Shown here piece after piece: positions 19,701-26,172 of a stretch of DNA of 64,000 nucleotides (position 1 is the first letter of the stretch; every line of letters starts with the position of its first letter). Under the pieces are notes generated by a model. The model ran no database searches and had not been told where the DNA came from. It saw only the letters and a list, made by a program, of their open reading frames with translations. The stretch covers positions 18,314-82,313 of the forward strand of contig CAIZXS010000012.1 in NCBI GenBank assembly GCA_903937035.1, given 5' to 3'. This stretch comes from an uncultured bacterium. GTDB lineage: Bacteria; Patescibacteriota; Minisyncoccia; Moranbacterales; UBA2206. Made by a program: the position numbers and the translations under genes.

Positions 19701-20543
19701 TATCCGAAAGAAAGTTATGTCTATTCAGCTGAAAAAAGTGGTTGGTATGAAATTATTCTTAAAGATAGTCAGAAGGGTTGGGTTAAGGGGCAGTACGTGG
19801 AGCTATCTGCTAGGGGAGCTGTTCAATCTGATGGGCTTGCTGCCCAGGATACTCCGGAAAATCAACTGGTGGTCAAAAATACGCCCACAGGATATCTTAA
19901 TGTGAGAGACGCGGCCTCTGCCGGTGGCGCTCTTTTGGGAAAAGTTTACCCAGGAGAAAAATATATTTTTAGTGAGAAAAAAGATGGTTGGTATAAAATT
20001 AAAATTAAGGATGATGAAGAGGGTTGGGTTATTGGTGAATATGTTGATGCTAAGGGTCCATTGGCGCTTGATGATTTGGACAGAGCGGATAAAAAAGAAG
20101 TTTTAGGCGCTAGCGTCAGCACGGATAGGTTCATTGTTATTAGGCAAACATCTTTAAATTTTGTGAATGTCTATGAAAAGCCAAGCTACACGGAGAGAAT
20201 TATTTCAAAGGCGTATCCTGGTGAGGATTATGCTTTTTTGGAAGTTCAAAGCGGGTGGTACCGGGTAGTGCTTGGCGATAAGCGAGAAGGCTGGATTTTA
20301 GGTGAATTTTTGAAAGTGGAAGACAATGGAAAAACTCAGGATGATGATCAATGGATAGATGTGCAGCCAAGTGATGGGTCGTATGTCAATATTCGCAAAG
20401 ACGCCACGGATTCATCGGCGATTGTGGAGAAGATTTATCTTTCCAGTCATTTTTTGAAATTAGAGGAAAAAAATGATTGGGTAAAAATAAAATTGTTGGA
20501 TGGGAATGTCGGTTGGGTTTTAGGAAAATTTGTGAATAAATAA
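7722..20543 (+). CDS. Giant (~4270 aa) membrane-anchored surface protein: N-terminal TM, LamG/ConA-like lectin domains, parallel beta-helix repeats, two blocks of 15-aa tandem repeats, coiled-coil, two TM helices, four C-terminal SH3b domains
   Basis: Single uninterrupted ORF. LamG-like 'GTMDFWFKPNF...WYHFRLAW...LNIKKAWIDG...MDEFAIFDDAV'. Beta-helix 'NISGNKFLNAYYPV...IANNEFW..ITLNGNSFIPMSGNSFDG'. Repeats 'IKTKTDTIDWSDVTG'. TM 'FATWGIVLALIFGMGALGFFYYALW'. Four SH3b repeats of 'LVVKNTPTGYLNVR...GKVYPGE.Y....K..GWYKIKL.D...GWV.G.YV'. Exact start codon uncertain (7722, ~7869 or ~7890). Confidence 0.85.
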   Translation: MRMRKIKKTRKIALRLRRIFFKIRQFKLRLFWVVFSAGAKSLPGRFCAGMKKIPGTMANLPRNIRNLKWVNIKTFSRRNYPLLLAIVFLTPAFILLFLFVNSRIHKQTTQAAPFTGAVRVSKENTTLSTAGGWLKSMAFSGDGINGDGDYFQPIHPGARATTEGAAGTLAVGEVVMPTITANAYDAAGAVFIPWKPNTNGNFYGVTLAVANLNTTAANLNVVVELLRFPTASYTGTPPTVVWSNYVACSAVNTCVYAADTVIERTQVMRFDQSISGEAAYPGQYGIHYMDFRFDPLAVTTTTHYGFRVYYNSLTTASTWPRNGASKPTVNAANFGLGITDVDTANALTVTVPLANTTQSSYAVAINSAPAVGQAAAARTQNEHWSGTYSDSSGNWTIAGSVSGVQTAKLTSSTDGGTGVAWVNDGVTKTTLSADATATTKLCVSSIAGFAVNQYIDIWDADTTSIQRIIASVSSADVGCSNGPSINVTATLAATDKFTLSKNATVARAIWKLRIIQGAEEAFTENMPTTTKLCVADASRFSVEATAGSSNINIWDDNSIIAARRITTISFADASCASLNSITIDTAITAGTYTIDKNARVAEISANFSNNGTPTDGNIFRFTTLNMGQNPAKIGNGNSFVLLYGKTAAPATSAVNYPWIANQRHAFFVAYGDADTTAPADGDMAIIGGGAADPDSGDSVNLSNDLVLGNISPHTVMVDKNFDMPMAYTGATGGGVGSGLTTPATASYGGSGFVSMLISTRAKLAVSDAINQRYRLTAPGRILLSSGASLELGSSVDPLLKTTTVDLYQDSVGPLVSTVLTSDSTTNTYIDMASTAGFYIGDVVMIKDNNSVPTTRIIAAVTSSTRLTFTAAMVAGYTVAQGATVSRGPNTDVPTGADRRSFIYSARAQAARVNMYSQGADDYRTPRADLAVDIDGNIDTGYLGAQQTAAGNVWMDAAGSLAGDWSALDPLSVAQGNSYAVNDNDSSIGMGANDDASVFPTWTGVGSLGTNADAVYNPEQSEIGTIPLTDIYNYDNTGGVFSVNYQSASSWTIFGDGANTENNDAVYFGDQGNTPIYALEFNIGTAIGATASRIWEYWNGSAWTEFVPKFGWKYVPRGTNNYGVGEYCIPFNADPIYPTATVQMTDTNTLFAPGQYVKIKDNDSATIIRRISTVTAGAPANVVFTEIIPSGYTIAQSAKVCISNGGQWLPMAASDLFSQTGRTMISWNAWDMPSAAKTTVNSTNAYWVRNRISDFTSWTTAPINQTTSVSMQGVENVNSENLTVSSSVSEAKISQLSNGVSFDPNETWTLRYDDNSTAVSTLKTTRWYESQLASWGTAHRWLSPNPDGETSAYYEKNSQEANWHSLNGDFSWTDQSVYAKVYMNQPVDATVGRRVGIFLRQDGDDYGYAAYITKSTTVSTLGWYSTALGAETAIGTATNITFNANQWYCLRAEANGTTLQAKFWSPVSEDADCNGDINEPGTWTESEINQTAFIAGRFGLAADIMLARFDDVTVKNTAGTETWFNDNFNDTGCWKVIGSIHGSQGCAYNSVPFTSSYLNFTLKHRGGVQSGETGINAIIGPLNAPEEGDEIYLSPFERGSSIGLDEAVGITTSDAKTKYENWDFVYNSTSGKYDVTGSQYGAAGTATPGATYTSPDSEVTLRIKAGTPVGPKFGNRAAYFQNSFQRGVGNFTGLNNQSSAIIIQPTWVVAGSATGYNVEGIGGVATQKGTMDFWFKPNFSGSPDYIQYLFDYAPNGNTDRIFARIMPNGVIETVVAPTFGVGATGKLVKSFSATAGQWYHFRLAWEDSDAGQLNIKKAWIDGAAFTSASQGTALGARAANAGYLRLGNSWQYNAGFDGAMDEFAIFDDAVDTSSSCDWASSVAFTVPTTPWTNGQTAGCTTGGGEVRTGNIIFLTHFDNAFEKQKGTMMPDYFIGHPAMVFTNGAETLTGDRLRVVTYPKRTRIWMDNTGSQYTPAARIKYSEGYNIGTAPGTEIGWGTTFQYHHRAASDSTSQPITSPILNLRKQIRIWSDEDVNVANSTAPINQGYGSLLYWPKAIDVNHMELSQLYYGFYLSGNPFTTSLPYPTQYIRKSAFNNVQYYNIYTLSKTLGTQVIDDNNFSAQSANYYPFREDTSANITFSNNYVTGYSSGYFNYLNGGRIFNISGNKFLNAYYPVSLLAGTAKVTIANNEFWRFRRGITLNGNSFIPMSGNSFDGGTSSETSNGYYGTGIYVAPSSSNVEVTDSNSTFGKSIWNEADVSLVPDTTSWLAGSLLRYTGENSSFNSNFHYLGNSTQDKFGGEYLATAIPGVDVRMGTGKDIVNYTNYGLMRTTGPNLIDTTVRTSGGYAWRMESTSKTDALEYTAKVVGVAGKPLAITGYIRMNANYGTANLPTVTVSGLGMTGANLSWTASATADSWQQFVISGTPTESALATVALSVKSEPTVADSGTAENVDDGQGINVPTLIEDADKNWTWNQWTGYKMRDDQGFIFDIIGNTATRLLLKGTRIPFSNTLPTQPYGGIYEIYSPPYVYLDDISVLSGTVDTGTLDFYSQGQPVSPWLSTGLTAENIWGAQYSTFADITGSFGQLLNDSLVAKYSRVSDLSPTLTEFDTDLDSATDDFYNNGVIIFTEGLNEGVMRRISDYAGASKTITVDPALPLIPSDNNRFAIIAATASASGSGGGATAAEIWSYVSRTLTDATLNSGSLATAADVANIRADITSVLTELGTGNISAIKTKTDSIDWSDVTGLVTTAGEIKAKTDSINWSDVTGIVTTAGQIKSKTDTIDWDAVTAIKTSTDTIAWSDVTGIITSSGLIQAKTDTINWSDVTGIKTATDNIDWLDISAIKTKTDTIAWSDVTGIKLNTDTISWGDITTIKANVATLIAEIGTGNISAIKTRTDSINWSDVTGIITSAGEIKAKTDTIDWANVTGIKTKTDTIDWDNVTGIKTKTDTIAWGDIAVIQSSIDALNDISAADIWTYATRTITGDVALTADSRKAIWDTACTILNTSGSIGKQVCENLDIKVSEAGGAGGTTLTAADVWNYTTRTITGLTDPALSALASSVWDNATRTLSSYGNDITAQEVWDTLTSSLTTIDSVGKLLVTNVDETISSRATQASVDAMASNLATVLSEIGTGNISAIKTKTDTINWSNVTGLVTTAGEVKLKTDTINWSDIGAIKTSTDTIDWDDITTIRLKTNTIEWGDIADIKSNVAILISEIGTGNISAIKAGTDTISWSDITGLITTSGAIKLKTDTIDWNKVDAIKTKTDTISWDDVTGIKLKTDTINWTNIDTLNSRVDTTISSRASQASLDAHESADATFRTNTTESLGEISTDVTNLVLNVGEIRTSLSAIETKIDTIGANLNSVDDKIDILDTNVDSIKNTAEDTNIKVSAIQTVVNNILNKWGSYSAADIIGYVDALEGYVGQPDDDSLQETLFGRLKKLDGSAGGGGTLDLVYAQVQATHNKLLSVESDLGFEGKTTSAYDEIAAIKNYVDTVESGINNLDSRTSSIASSVSTVSNDLKDVTGQIGKVDVGSFDSIFEVQKTDIESLKNKVLELKALADINRQLLERTVDEPTVKVMMEWGSVIIKFIIVNPSDSKEQKVPFKAYLPKEVRQEYVMDLGGMELNYDTTTEQYYVTADIFLKSGQAITRAVEIKDIWVFSDEEIASIRKQADELSAGLTDNSYKTQAITLKTDINTRLDRIVRKQKDNNATPQDHILAYRENQEEMKAVTENTKALKDLLLNSGVGKNFLASIGGIQTFATWGIVLALIFGMGALGFFYYALWRKKIINANKPDPKEDETIKTDKESDQELETQIIELPTPSPARLVGVSLSWQKKIFTGLVVLAKDLVRFIGYILKKIISLSIKIWVTALILAVLFVGVSTLWHYRENEKLNVQKEKQSISLPENQAKEDIENLNERGRKVTKMVDEINKKAEEKTNTNQKIDALLEDQEPAMDESGKAEKENKLVIKNTPTNFLNVRKDSSVESEIVGKVYPKESYVYSAEKSGWYEIILKDSQKGWVKGQYVELSARGAVQSDGLAAQDTPENQLVVKNTPTGYLNVRDAASAGGALLGKVYPGEKYIFSEKKDGWYKIKIKDDEEGWVIGEYVDAKGPLALDDLDRADKKEVLGASVSTDRFIVIRQTSLNFVNVYEKPSYTERIISKAYPGEDYAFLEVQSGWYRVVLGDKREGWILGEFLKVEDNGKTQDDDQWIDVQPSDGSYVNIRKDATDSSAIVEKIYLSSHFLKLEEKNDWVKIKLLDGNVGWVLGKFVNK
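15910..16600 (+). repeat. Tandem 45-bp (15-aa) coding repeats, block 1, inside giant gene
   Basis: Repeated units aaaacngatacnattgattggagtgatgtgaccggnatt encoding (I)KTKTDTIDWSDVTG with occasional 7-aa inserts. The higher-order unit EIGTGNISAIK recurs. Confidence 0.9.
17110..17600 (+). repeat. Tandem 45-bp (15-aa) coding repeats, block 2, inside giant gene
   Basis: Same KTDTI(D/N)W(S/D)DVTGI unit as block 1. EIGTGNISAIK occurs at four positions across the two blocks. Confidence 0.9.
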
Positions 20544-20566
20544 GGCTTATCAAGGCAAGAAATAAT

Positions 20567-20700
20567 GAATTATGCGTTTGTCTGGAAAAAGTCCGCACGT
20601 ACATTTCATCTAGCATTTCAAGGTATTTGGTAAAACAAAGAGGGAAAACTAAAAAGAGGAAATTATGCTTTTAAGATTTTTTTCGGGAAAATGCGTAATT
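20567..20700. repeat. ~135-bp repeat, copy 1 of a direct-repeat pair bracketing the 20708-22112 cassette
   Basis: gcgtttgtctggaaaaagtccgcacgta...ttcaagg...ttttttcgggaaaatgcgtaa aligns at ~75-80% identity with 22130-22266. Terminal segments ccggaaaaagt / acttttttcgg are complementary. Confidence 0.65.
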
Positions 20701-20707
20701 CCTAAAA

Positions 20708-21175
20708 CTAATAAAGTAAGCTGGCGATAGTTCGATTGTAGGTGTAGTGGATGAGTATCGCTAAGGATAGTGCAAAAGGAAAGATCCAGCGATACTTTTG
20801 GGAAAAGAAGAGCATTAGTAGTATAGTAAAAACATGTAGTGTAGAGGTCAAGAGGAGTCTTTCTATGAAAATAAGCGGTGAGGCGTAGAGATTAGAGTTG
20901 GAAAGATAAAAGATATTTTCCGAAAAAGCGAAAAATAATCCAATCAAAATAGACAATTGCAATTGGAAAGTTCTCTTTCCTGGGATAGTTAGAATGAGCA
21001 GAACAAAAACAGCTTTTATGCCTTCTTCAATGATATAGGGATAGGGAAGAATCTTTTCAATTGGTAGCAAGATAAGCGAGCTCAGCAGTGCGGCAAGTGG
21101 TAGGGCGATTGCCAAGTAGAGAGATTCGGCTGATTTTTTTTCACCTTTTTCATTTTTTGTTTGAAATGAAGTCAT
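20708..21175 (-). CDS. PrsW-like/CPBP-like intramembrane metalloprotease family protein (155 aa)
   Basis: Polytopic membrane protein with motifs 'IIEEGIKAV' (EExxK), 'FAFSENIFY' (FxxxE) and 'HYTYN' (HxxxN). Confidence 0.45.
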   Translation of the reverse strand: MTSFQTKNEKGEKKSAESLYLAIALPLAALLSSLILLPIEKILPYPYIIEEGIKAVFVLLILTIPGKRTFQLQLSILIGLFFAFSENIFYLSNSNLYASPLIFIERLLLTSTLHVFTILLMLFFSQKYRWIFPFALSLAILIHYTYNRTIASLLY

Positions 21176-22112
21176 AAGTAATTTTTGATAAATTAGAAAT
21201 CAGTTCTTTTGATTTTGACAACTCTAAATCTTTAGTCATGATGCAAAGATAGTAGGGACTACTATTCTCGTAGACAATTCCGCAATCAGAAATGCCATCC
21301 GGGCGCTCACCGTACTTATGCGCAACCTGAATTTCCGGTGGAACTCCGGCAGAAATAAGGCTTTCCACTTGAGTGTCTGTGGTAATGCTGAGGGCTTTTT
21401 CTGAAAGTTCCGGGGAGACATAGGTTGCGAAATAGAGAGCCTTAAAAAGGCGAGTATATCCGCGCGGAGTGACAGTTGGTTCGCTTTTTTCCTGATACGG
21501 ATTAGGGATGCCCACATGAGCAAAAATAGCATTTAGTTCAGAGGGGGAGAGCTGTCGACGCAAGACATTTTTTGCCGTATTATCTGAAGCAAGGATCATT
21601 TCTTCTAGTAGATTCCAAAAAGATATTTCATAACCAGCACCTTTTTTGTATAATTTACCAGAATTGCTATCGAGATCTTCCGGAAGAATTTTCATGCTAT
21701 CTTTGAGAGAAATTTCTTCTAGCGTAACTTTTTTCAGGATGCCAAGCATTATGGGAATTTTTAAAAGGCTGGCTGGCGTAAATCCTGTTTTCTCATTGAT
21801 GCCAAGCCAAGCTCCTGTGGTTGAATCTTGAAGAAAAAAACCAATATTTTGCTCCGCTCCAAAATGGGAGATTTCTTTTTCGATTGCCGGCTTTAAATCA
21901 TTGAATTGGATAATAAGCGAATCGGTTTGGACATTAGAGTCTATCGGTACTTGGCTTTTTTGGTTGACAAGCTGGTAGTGTTTTTCTGGCTGACTAGTCA
22001 AGATGCTATTGGTATGTTTTGACTTTGTGTATAAGAATATATTCAAGATTAGTGAAAGAAAAAACAAAAACAAGACCAGCGCAGTTGCTCTATTTTTAAA
22101 AAATAAATTCAT
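21150..22112 (-). CDS. Class A beta-lactamase-like / PBP-family serine hydrolase with N-terminal TM anchor
   Basis: SxxK 'ASLLK', SDN 'LASDNTAKN', plus N-terminal hydrophobic helix. Overlaps the downstream PrsW-like gene by 26 bp (operon). Confidence 0.6.
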   Translation of the reverse strand: MNLFFKNRATALVLFLFFLSLILNIFLYTKSKHTNSILTSQPEKHYQLVNQKSQVPIDSNVQTDSLIIQFNDLKPAIEKEISHFGAEQNIGFFLQDSTTGAWLGINEKTGFTPASLLKIPIMLGILKKVTLEEISLKDSMKILPEDLDSNSGKLYKKGAGYEISFWNLLEEMILASDNTAKNVLRRQLSPSELNAIFAHVGIPNPYQEKSEPTVTPRGYTRLFKALYFATYVSPELSEKALSITTDTQVESLISAGVPPEIQVAHKYGERPDGISDCGIVYENSSPYYLCIMTKDLELSKSKELISNLSKITYDFISNKK

Positions 22113-22129
22113 GGTCGATTTTTTGGTTA

Positions 22130-22266
22130 ATATGCAATTTTACAACTTACGCGTTTGTCCGGAAAAAGTTCGCACGCATGTCTTTCTCGGCACTTCAAGG
22201 CTTTTAGTAAAGCACGGAAAGAAAGCCAAAATGAGGAAACCGCGCTTTTAAACTTTTTTCGGGTAA
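22130..22266. repeat. ~135-bp repeat, copy 2 of the direct-repeat pair
   Basis: acgcgtttgtccggaaaaagttcgcacgcatg...ttcaagg...ttttttcgggtaaatgtgtaag; see copy 1. Confidence 0.65.
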
Positions 22267-22395
22267 ATGTGTAAGTGCCAAGTTTATGAAATTATTATAG
22301 CAGGCCATACGAAGAAAATCCAGGATTTTCACACTTTGACTTATCTTGAAAAAAAAGCTAAAGTCGGGGTTGAGATCAGAAGAACGAAATACTTT

Positions 22396-23070
22396 ATGTC
22401 AAAAATCCCAATCTCAAAAATCATCCGTTCCAAGAGAAAAAACATCGCGCTTGTGATTTCACACGACGCGACCTTGATTGTGCGTGCTCCAATGCGCACC
22501 CCACTACACTATATCGAAAAACTGGTCGAAGAAAAATTTGACTGGATTGAAAGAAAGATGCGAGAATTTGAGAAGCGTCCTAAGGCCGACAAGAAAACTT
22601 TCTCGGAAGGCGAAGAGTTTCTTTATTTTGGGAAAAAATACAAATTAGCGCTGACCAATGGACTCAGGATTGAAGCTACTGAGGATTTTGAATTACTTTT
22701 CCCCAGAGTTTTTCTTTGGCGGGCGCATCATCGAATGCACGATTGGTATAAGAAGCAGGCGCATAAAGAAATTTCCGAGCGCACAAAAATAATCGCTGAT
22801 AAATTAAACCTCAAATATTCATCGCTCAAAATTTCCAATGCCAAAACTAACTGGGGATCATGCGGTCCGAAAAATAGTTTGAATTTCAATTGGCGGCTCA
22901 TTATGGCGCCTGAGGGTGTCATTGATTATGTCATCATCCATGAACTGATGCACATTCTTGAAAAAAATCATTCGGCAAAATTTTGGAACAAAGTCGCGGC
23001 TATGATGCCGGATTATAAAACCGCCAGAAAGTGGCTGAGGGAAAATAGTAAGGTTTTGACGTTGGAATGA
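22396..23070 (+). CDS. YgjP/DUF45-family metal-dependent hydrolase (WLM/SprT-like HExxH)
   Basis: 'WGSCGPKNSLNFNWRLIMAPEGVIDYVIIHELMHILEKNHSAKFW' with HELMH. The ORF-track start at 22267 lies inside the upstream repeat and is probably spurious; 22396 (MSKIPIS...) is preferred. Confidence 0.7.
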   Translation: MSKIPISKIIRSKRKNIALVISHDATLIVRAPMRTPLHYIEKLVEEKFDWIERKMREFEKRPKADKKTFSEGEEFLYFGKKYKLALTNGLRIEATEDFELLFPRVFLWRAHHRMHDWYKKQAHKEISERTKIIADKLNLKYSSLKISNAKTNWGSCGPKNSLNFNWRLIMAPEGVIDYVIIHELMHILEKNHSAKFWNKVAAMMPDYKTARKWLRENSKVLTLE

Positions 23071-23164
23071 TTAACAGCTTGCCAAAACCCAAAAGCTAGT
23101 GTAAAATTTGTTCCTAGTAATGCTATTGACGTCTTTTTTAAAAAAATATAACTCTTTTTTGTCT

Positions 23165-25972
23165 ATGTCAAAAAACAAACCCAAGGATCGTAGTCAAATT
23201 ATCGTTCGCGGAGCACGTGTGAATAATTTAAAAAATGTCGACGTGGAAATTCCGCGTGACAAGCTAGTTGTCATTACGGGACTTTCTGGCAGCGGAAAAT
23301 CTTCCTTGGCTTTTGATGCAATTTATGCCGAAGGTAATCGTAGATACTTGGAGGGCATGTCGAGTTATGCGACACAGTTTTTAGATGTATCAGCGAAACC
23401 GGATGTGGACAAGATTGAAAATCTTACCCCGACAATTTCTATTGATCAAAAAAGCATCGCACGCAGTCCGCGCTCAACTGTTGGAACGTTGACAGAAATT
23501 TATGATTATCTGCGCGTGCTTTATGCTAAGACTGGAATGCCGCATTGCCCGCATTGCAAAACACCTCTAGAGAAAATTACTAATTCAGAGGTCTTGGAAG
23601 ATATTCTTAATTCTCCTGATAAAACAAATATCGCGATTCTCGCGAAACTTAATGGCAAGGAGCGAAATTTGAAAGAGACCTTAAAAAGTATTAGCCAGCT
23701 TGGCTATGCACGACTTCGATTTAAGGGGAAAATAATGTCACTTACTGAGGCATTGGCGCTAAATAATGTTGACGCGGATGAGACTTGCAACGCTGAGATT
23801 GTGATTGATCGATTGGTCTTGAATAAAAAAAATCCTGATCGAGAAAGGATTTTGGATTCAATCGAGACTGCTTTCAAGTTGGGCAAAGGTATGGCTGTGG
23901 TAATCAAGGATAACGAAGCCGAGAAGATATATAATCGTGATTTCGTGTGCAAGAAATGTTTTTTTGAAGTAGCCGATATTACCCCGAAACATTTTTCTTT
24001 TAATAGTCCTGAGGGTGCTTGTCAACATTGTTCTGGGCTTGGTATAATCAAGGAAATTGATGAAGATCTCTTGATTCCAAATAAAGACCTAACGCTCGCT
24101 GAGGGGGCAATTTTGTCGTGGAATAAATCAGGCGGGAGATCAAGTGTGCTCGCGAGTGGAAATAATATCTTGAAAATGCTGGGAGACAAGTATGGATTTT
24201 CTGTCGATATTCCGGTGAGAAAAATTAGTCGTGAACATCTGAATATTGTGCTTTATGGTTCGAATGATCCCAAGATAATCTTTGAAGGAGTCATTCCGAC
24301 AATGAAAAAGAAATATGAAGAATTGAATTCCAACTATCTGCGGAGTGAGATTGAAAAATACATGATTGAAAAGGTTTGTCCGCTTTGTTCAGGCAAGCGA
24401 TTAAAAGGTGAATATCTCTCAGTTCTTGTAGCTGGGAAATCGATTGATCAAACAGTGGATTTATCTCTTGTGGATTTTTCTATTTTCCTGGAAACACTAG
24501 AAAAAACAAATATTAGTTCGGCCAAGAAAAATATTATTTTACCGTTAGTCAAAGAAATGAAAGCGCGTAGTGCCGCACTTCAGAATGTGGGCTTGGGCTA
24601 TCTTTCGCTTTCGCGCTCGGCTAATTCTATTTCCGGCGGAGAAGGGCAGCGTATCCGTCTTGCAACTCAGATCGGTTCGGAACTTTCTGGCATCACTTAT
24701 GTTTTGGACGAGCCTTCTATTGGCCTGCATAATCGTGACACGGAAAAGCTGATTGCGACAATGGAAGAATTGCGTGAAGCGGGGAATTCATTGATTACTG
24801 TGGAGCATGATGAGCAAATAATTCGCAAAGCGGATTGGATTATCGATATGGGGCCTGGTGCTGGTGAGGAAGGTGGAGAAGTGATTTTTTCCGGCGACCT
24901 TGTTAAACTTTTAAAATCAAAAACTTTGACGGCGCAATACTTGAATGGAAAAAGACACGTTGGCGATAAAAAAAAGGCGCGCAAGGGTTCTGGAAAATTT
25001 ATTAAAATTCAGGGAGCGACGGAGCACAACTTGAAAAATATCGATGCGAATCTTCCCTTGGGAAAATTTATCTCGCTTACCGGTGTTTCTGGTTCAGGTA
25101 AATCAACATTGGTAACTGATATTCTGTCGAAAGCCTTGGCGAAACATTTTTTCAACACAAAAGAAACTCCTGGTAAACATAAGAAAATTAGTGGGATGGA
25201 AAGTATTGATAAGGTGATTAGTATCAATCAATCTCCAATCGGTCGTACGCCAAGATCAAATGCCGCAACGTATACTGGTGTATTTTCACTTATCCGTGAA
25301 CTGTTTGCACAGACGGAAGAATCACGTACTCGAGGATATGATGCTAGTCGGTTCAGTTTTAATATGAAAGGCGGGCGTTGTGAGGATTGTCAGGGCGAAG
25401 GAAAAAAGAAAATTGAGATGCATCTTCTGCCGGATGTTTATGTTGCCTGCGAAACATGTAATGGCGCAAAGTACAATCAAAGAACGCTAGAAATTGAATA
25501 TCGCGGCGTGAGTATTGCTGCGGTACTTGATATGAGTGTGAGTTACGCGTTGGCCTTTTTTAAAAATTCTAAATTAGTGACAGAGAAATTAGCCACACTG
25601 GAAAAAGTTGGTCTGGGCTACCTTAAATTGGGGCAAAGTGCAGTAGATCTTTCTGGTGGAGAGGCGCAACGGATTAAGCTGGCGACAGAGCTTTCTCGTC
25701 GTGCGACTGGTAAGACGCTCTATATTTTAGATGAACCAACGATTGGTCTTCATTTTGAAGATATTCGAAAGCTGTTAGGCGTGCTTGACGCGCTTGTGGA
25801 CAAAGGCAATACTGTGCTCGTTGTTGAGCATAACGTGGACGTGATTCGTAATTCTGATTGGGTGATCGATCTTGGTCCAGAAGGCGGATCGGGCGGAGGA
25901 GAAATTGTTTTTGAGGGGTCACCGGCGGAACTGAAAAAATGCTCAAAGAGTTGGACGGGGAAATACCTCTAG
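23165..25972 (+). CDS. Second excinuclease ABC subunit A paralog (UvrA-like), full length
   Basis: '[55 protein letters not shown]'. Two Walker A motifs, Zn-finger Cys pairs and [16 protein letters not shown]. Start taken at MSKNKPK (23165). Confidence 0.9.
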   Translation: MSKNKPKDRSQIIVRGARVNNLKNVDVEIPRDKLVVITGLSGSGKSSLAFDAIYAEGNRRYLEGMSSYATQFLDVSAKPDVDKIENLTPTISIDQKSIARSPRSTVGTLTEIYDYLRVLYAKTGMPHCPHCKTPLEKITNSEVLEDILNSPDKTNIAILAKLNGKERNLKETLKSISQLGYARLRFKGKIMSLTEALALNNVDADETCNAEIVIDRLVLNKKNPDRERILDSIETAFKLGKGMAVVIKDNEAEKIYNRDFVCKKCFFEVADITPKHFSFNSPEGACQHCSGLGIIKEIDEDLLIPNKDLTLAEGAILSWNKSGGRSSVLASGNNILKMLGDKYGFSVDIPVRKISREHLNIVLYGSNDPKIIFEGVIPTMKKKYEELNSNYLRSEIEKYMIEKVCPLCSGKRLKGEYLSVLVAGKSIDQTVDLSLVDFSIFLETLEKTNISSAKKNIILPLVKEMKARSAALQNVGLGYLSLSRSANSISGGEGQRIRLATQIGSELSGITYVLDEPSIGLHNRDTEKLIATMEELREAGNSLITVEHDEQIIRKADWIIDMGPGAGEEGGEVIFSGDLVKLLKSKTLTAQYLNGKRHVGDKKKARKGSGKFIKIQGATEHNLKNIDANLPLGKFISLTGVSGSGKSTLVTDILSKALAKHFFNTKETPGKHKKISGMESIDKVISINQSPIGRTPRSNAATYTGVFSLIRELFAQTEESRTRGYDASRFSFNMKGGRCEDCQGEGKKKIEMHLLPDVYVACETCNGAKYNQRTLEIEYRGVSIAAVLDMSVSYALAFFKNSKLVTEKLATLEKVGLGYLKLGQSAVDLSGGEAQRIKLATELSRRATGKTLYILDEPTIGLHFEDIRKLLGVLDALVDKGNTVLVVEHNVDVIRNSDWVIDLGPEGGSGGGEIVFEGSPAELKKCSKSWTGKYL

Positions 25973-26012
25973 GAAATGGAAAATGTAAATCTCAAAAATC
26001 AAAATTATTTTC

Positions 26013-26152
26013 TGTCATCCTGAGCGTAGTCGAAGGATCTGCTTGGGATAACTGCAAGCTTTACCATAAATCATAAAGCCTGTGATAATGGAAGGCAGAT
26101 CCTTCGACTTCATAAATTTTCTATTGAAAATTTATTCCGCTCAGGATGACAA
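26013..26152. repeat. MITE-like palindromic element (140 bp) with TIRs TGTCATCCTGAGCG / CGCTCAGGATGACA and internal inverted repeat tcgaaggatctgc / gcagatccttcga
   Basis: Perfect 14-bp terminal inverted repeats and a nested 13-bp inverted repeat. It overlaps the ORF-track start codon of the next gene. Confidence 0.7.
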
Positions 26153-26172
26153 GTTTTTTCATACTACTTTCT

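Noticed and set aside
22267-22395. ORF-track start of the YgjP-like gene at 22267
   Set aside because: The ATG lies inside the 135-bp repeat copy, and the N-terminal 43 residues are not part of the DUF45 domain. Downstream ATG at 22396 preferred.
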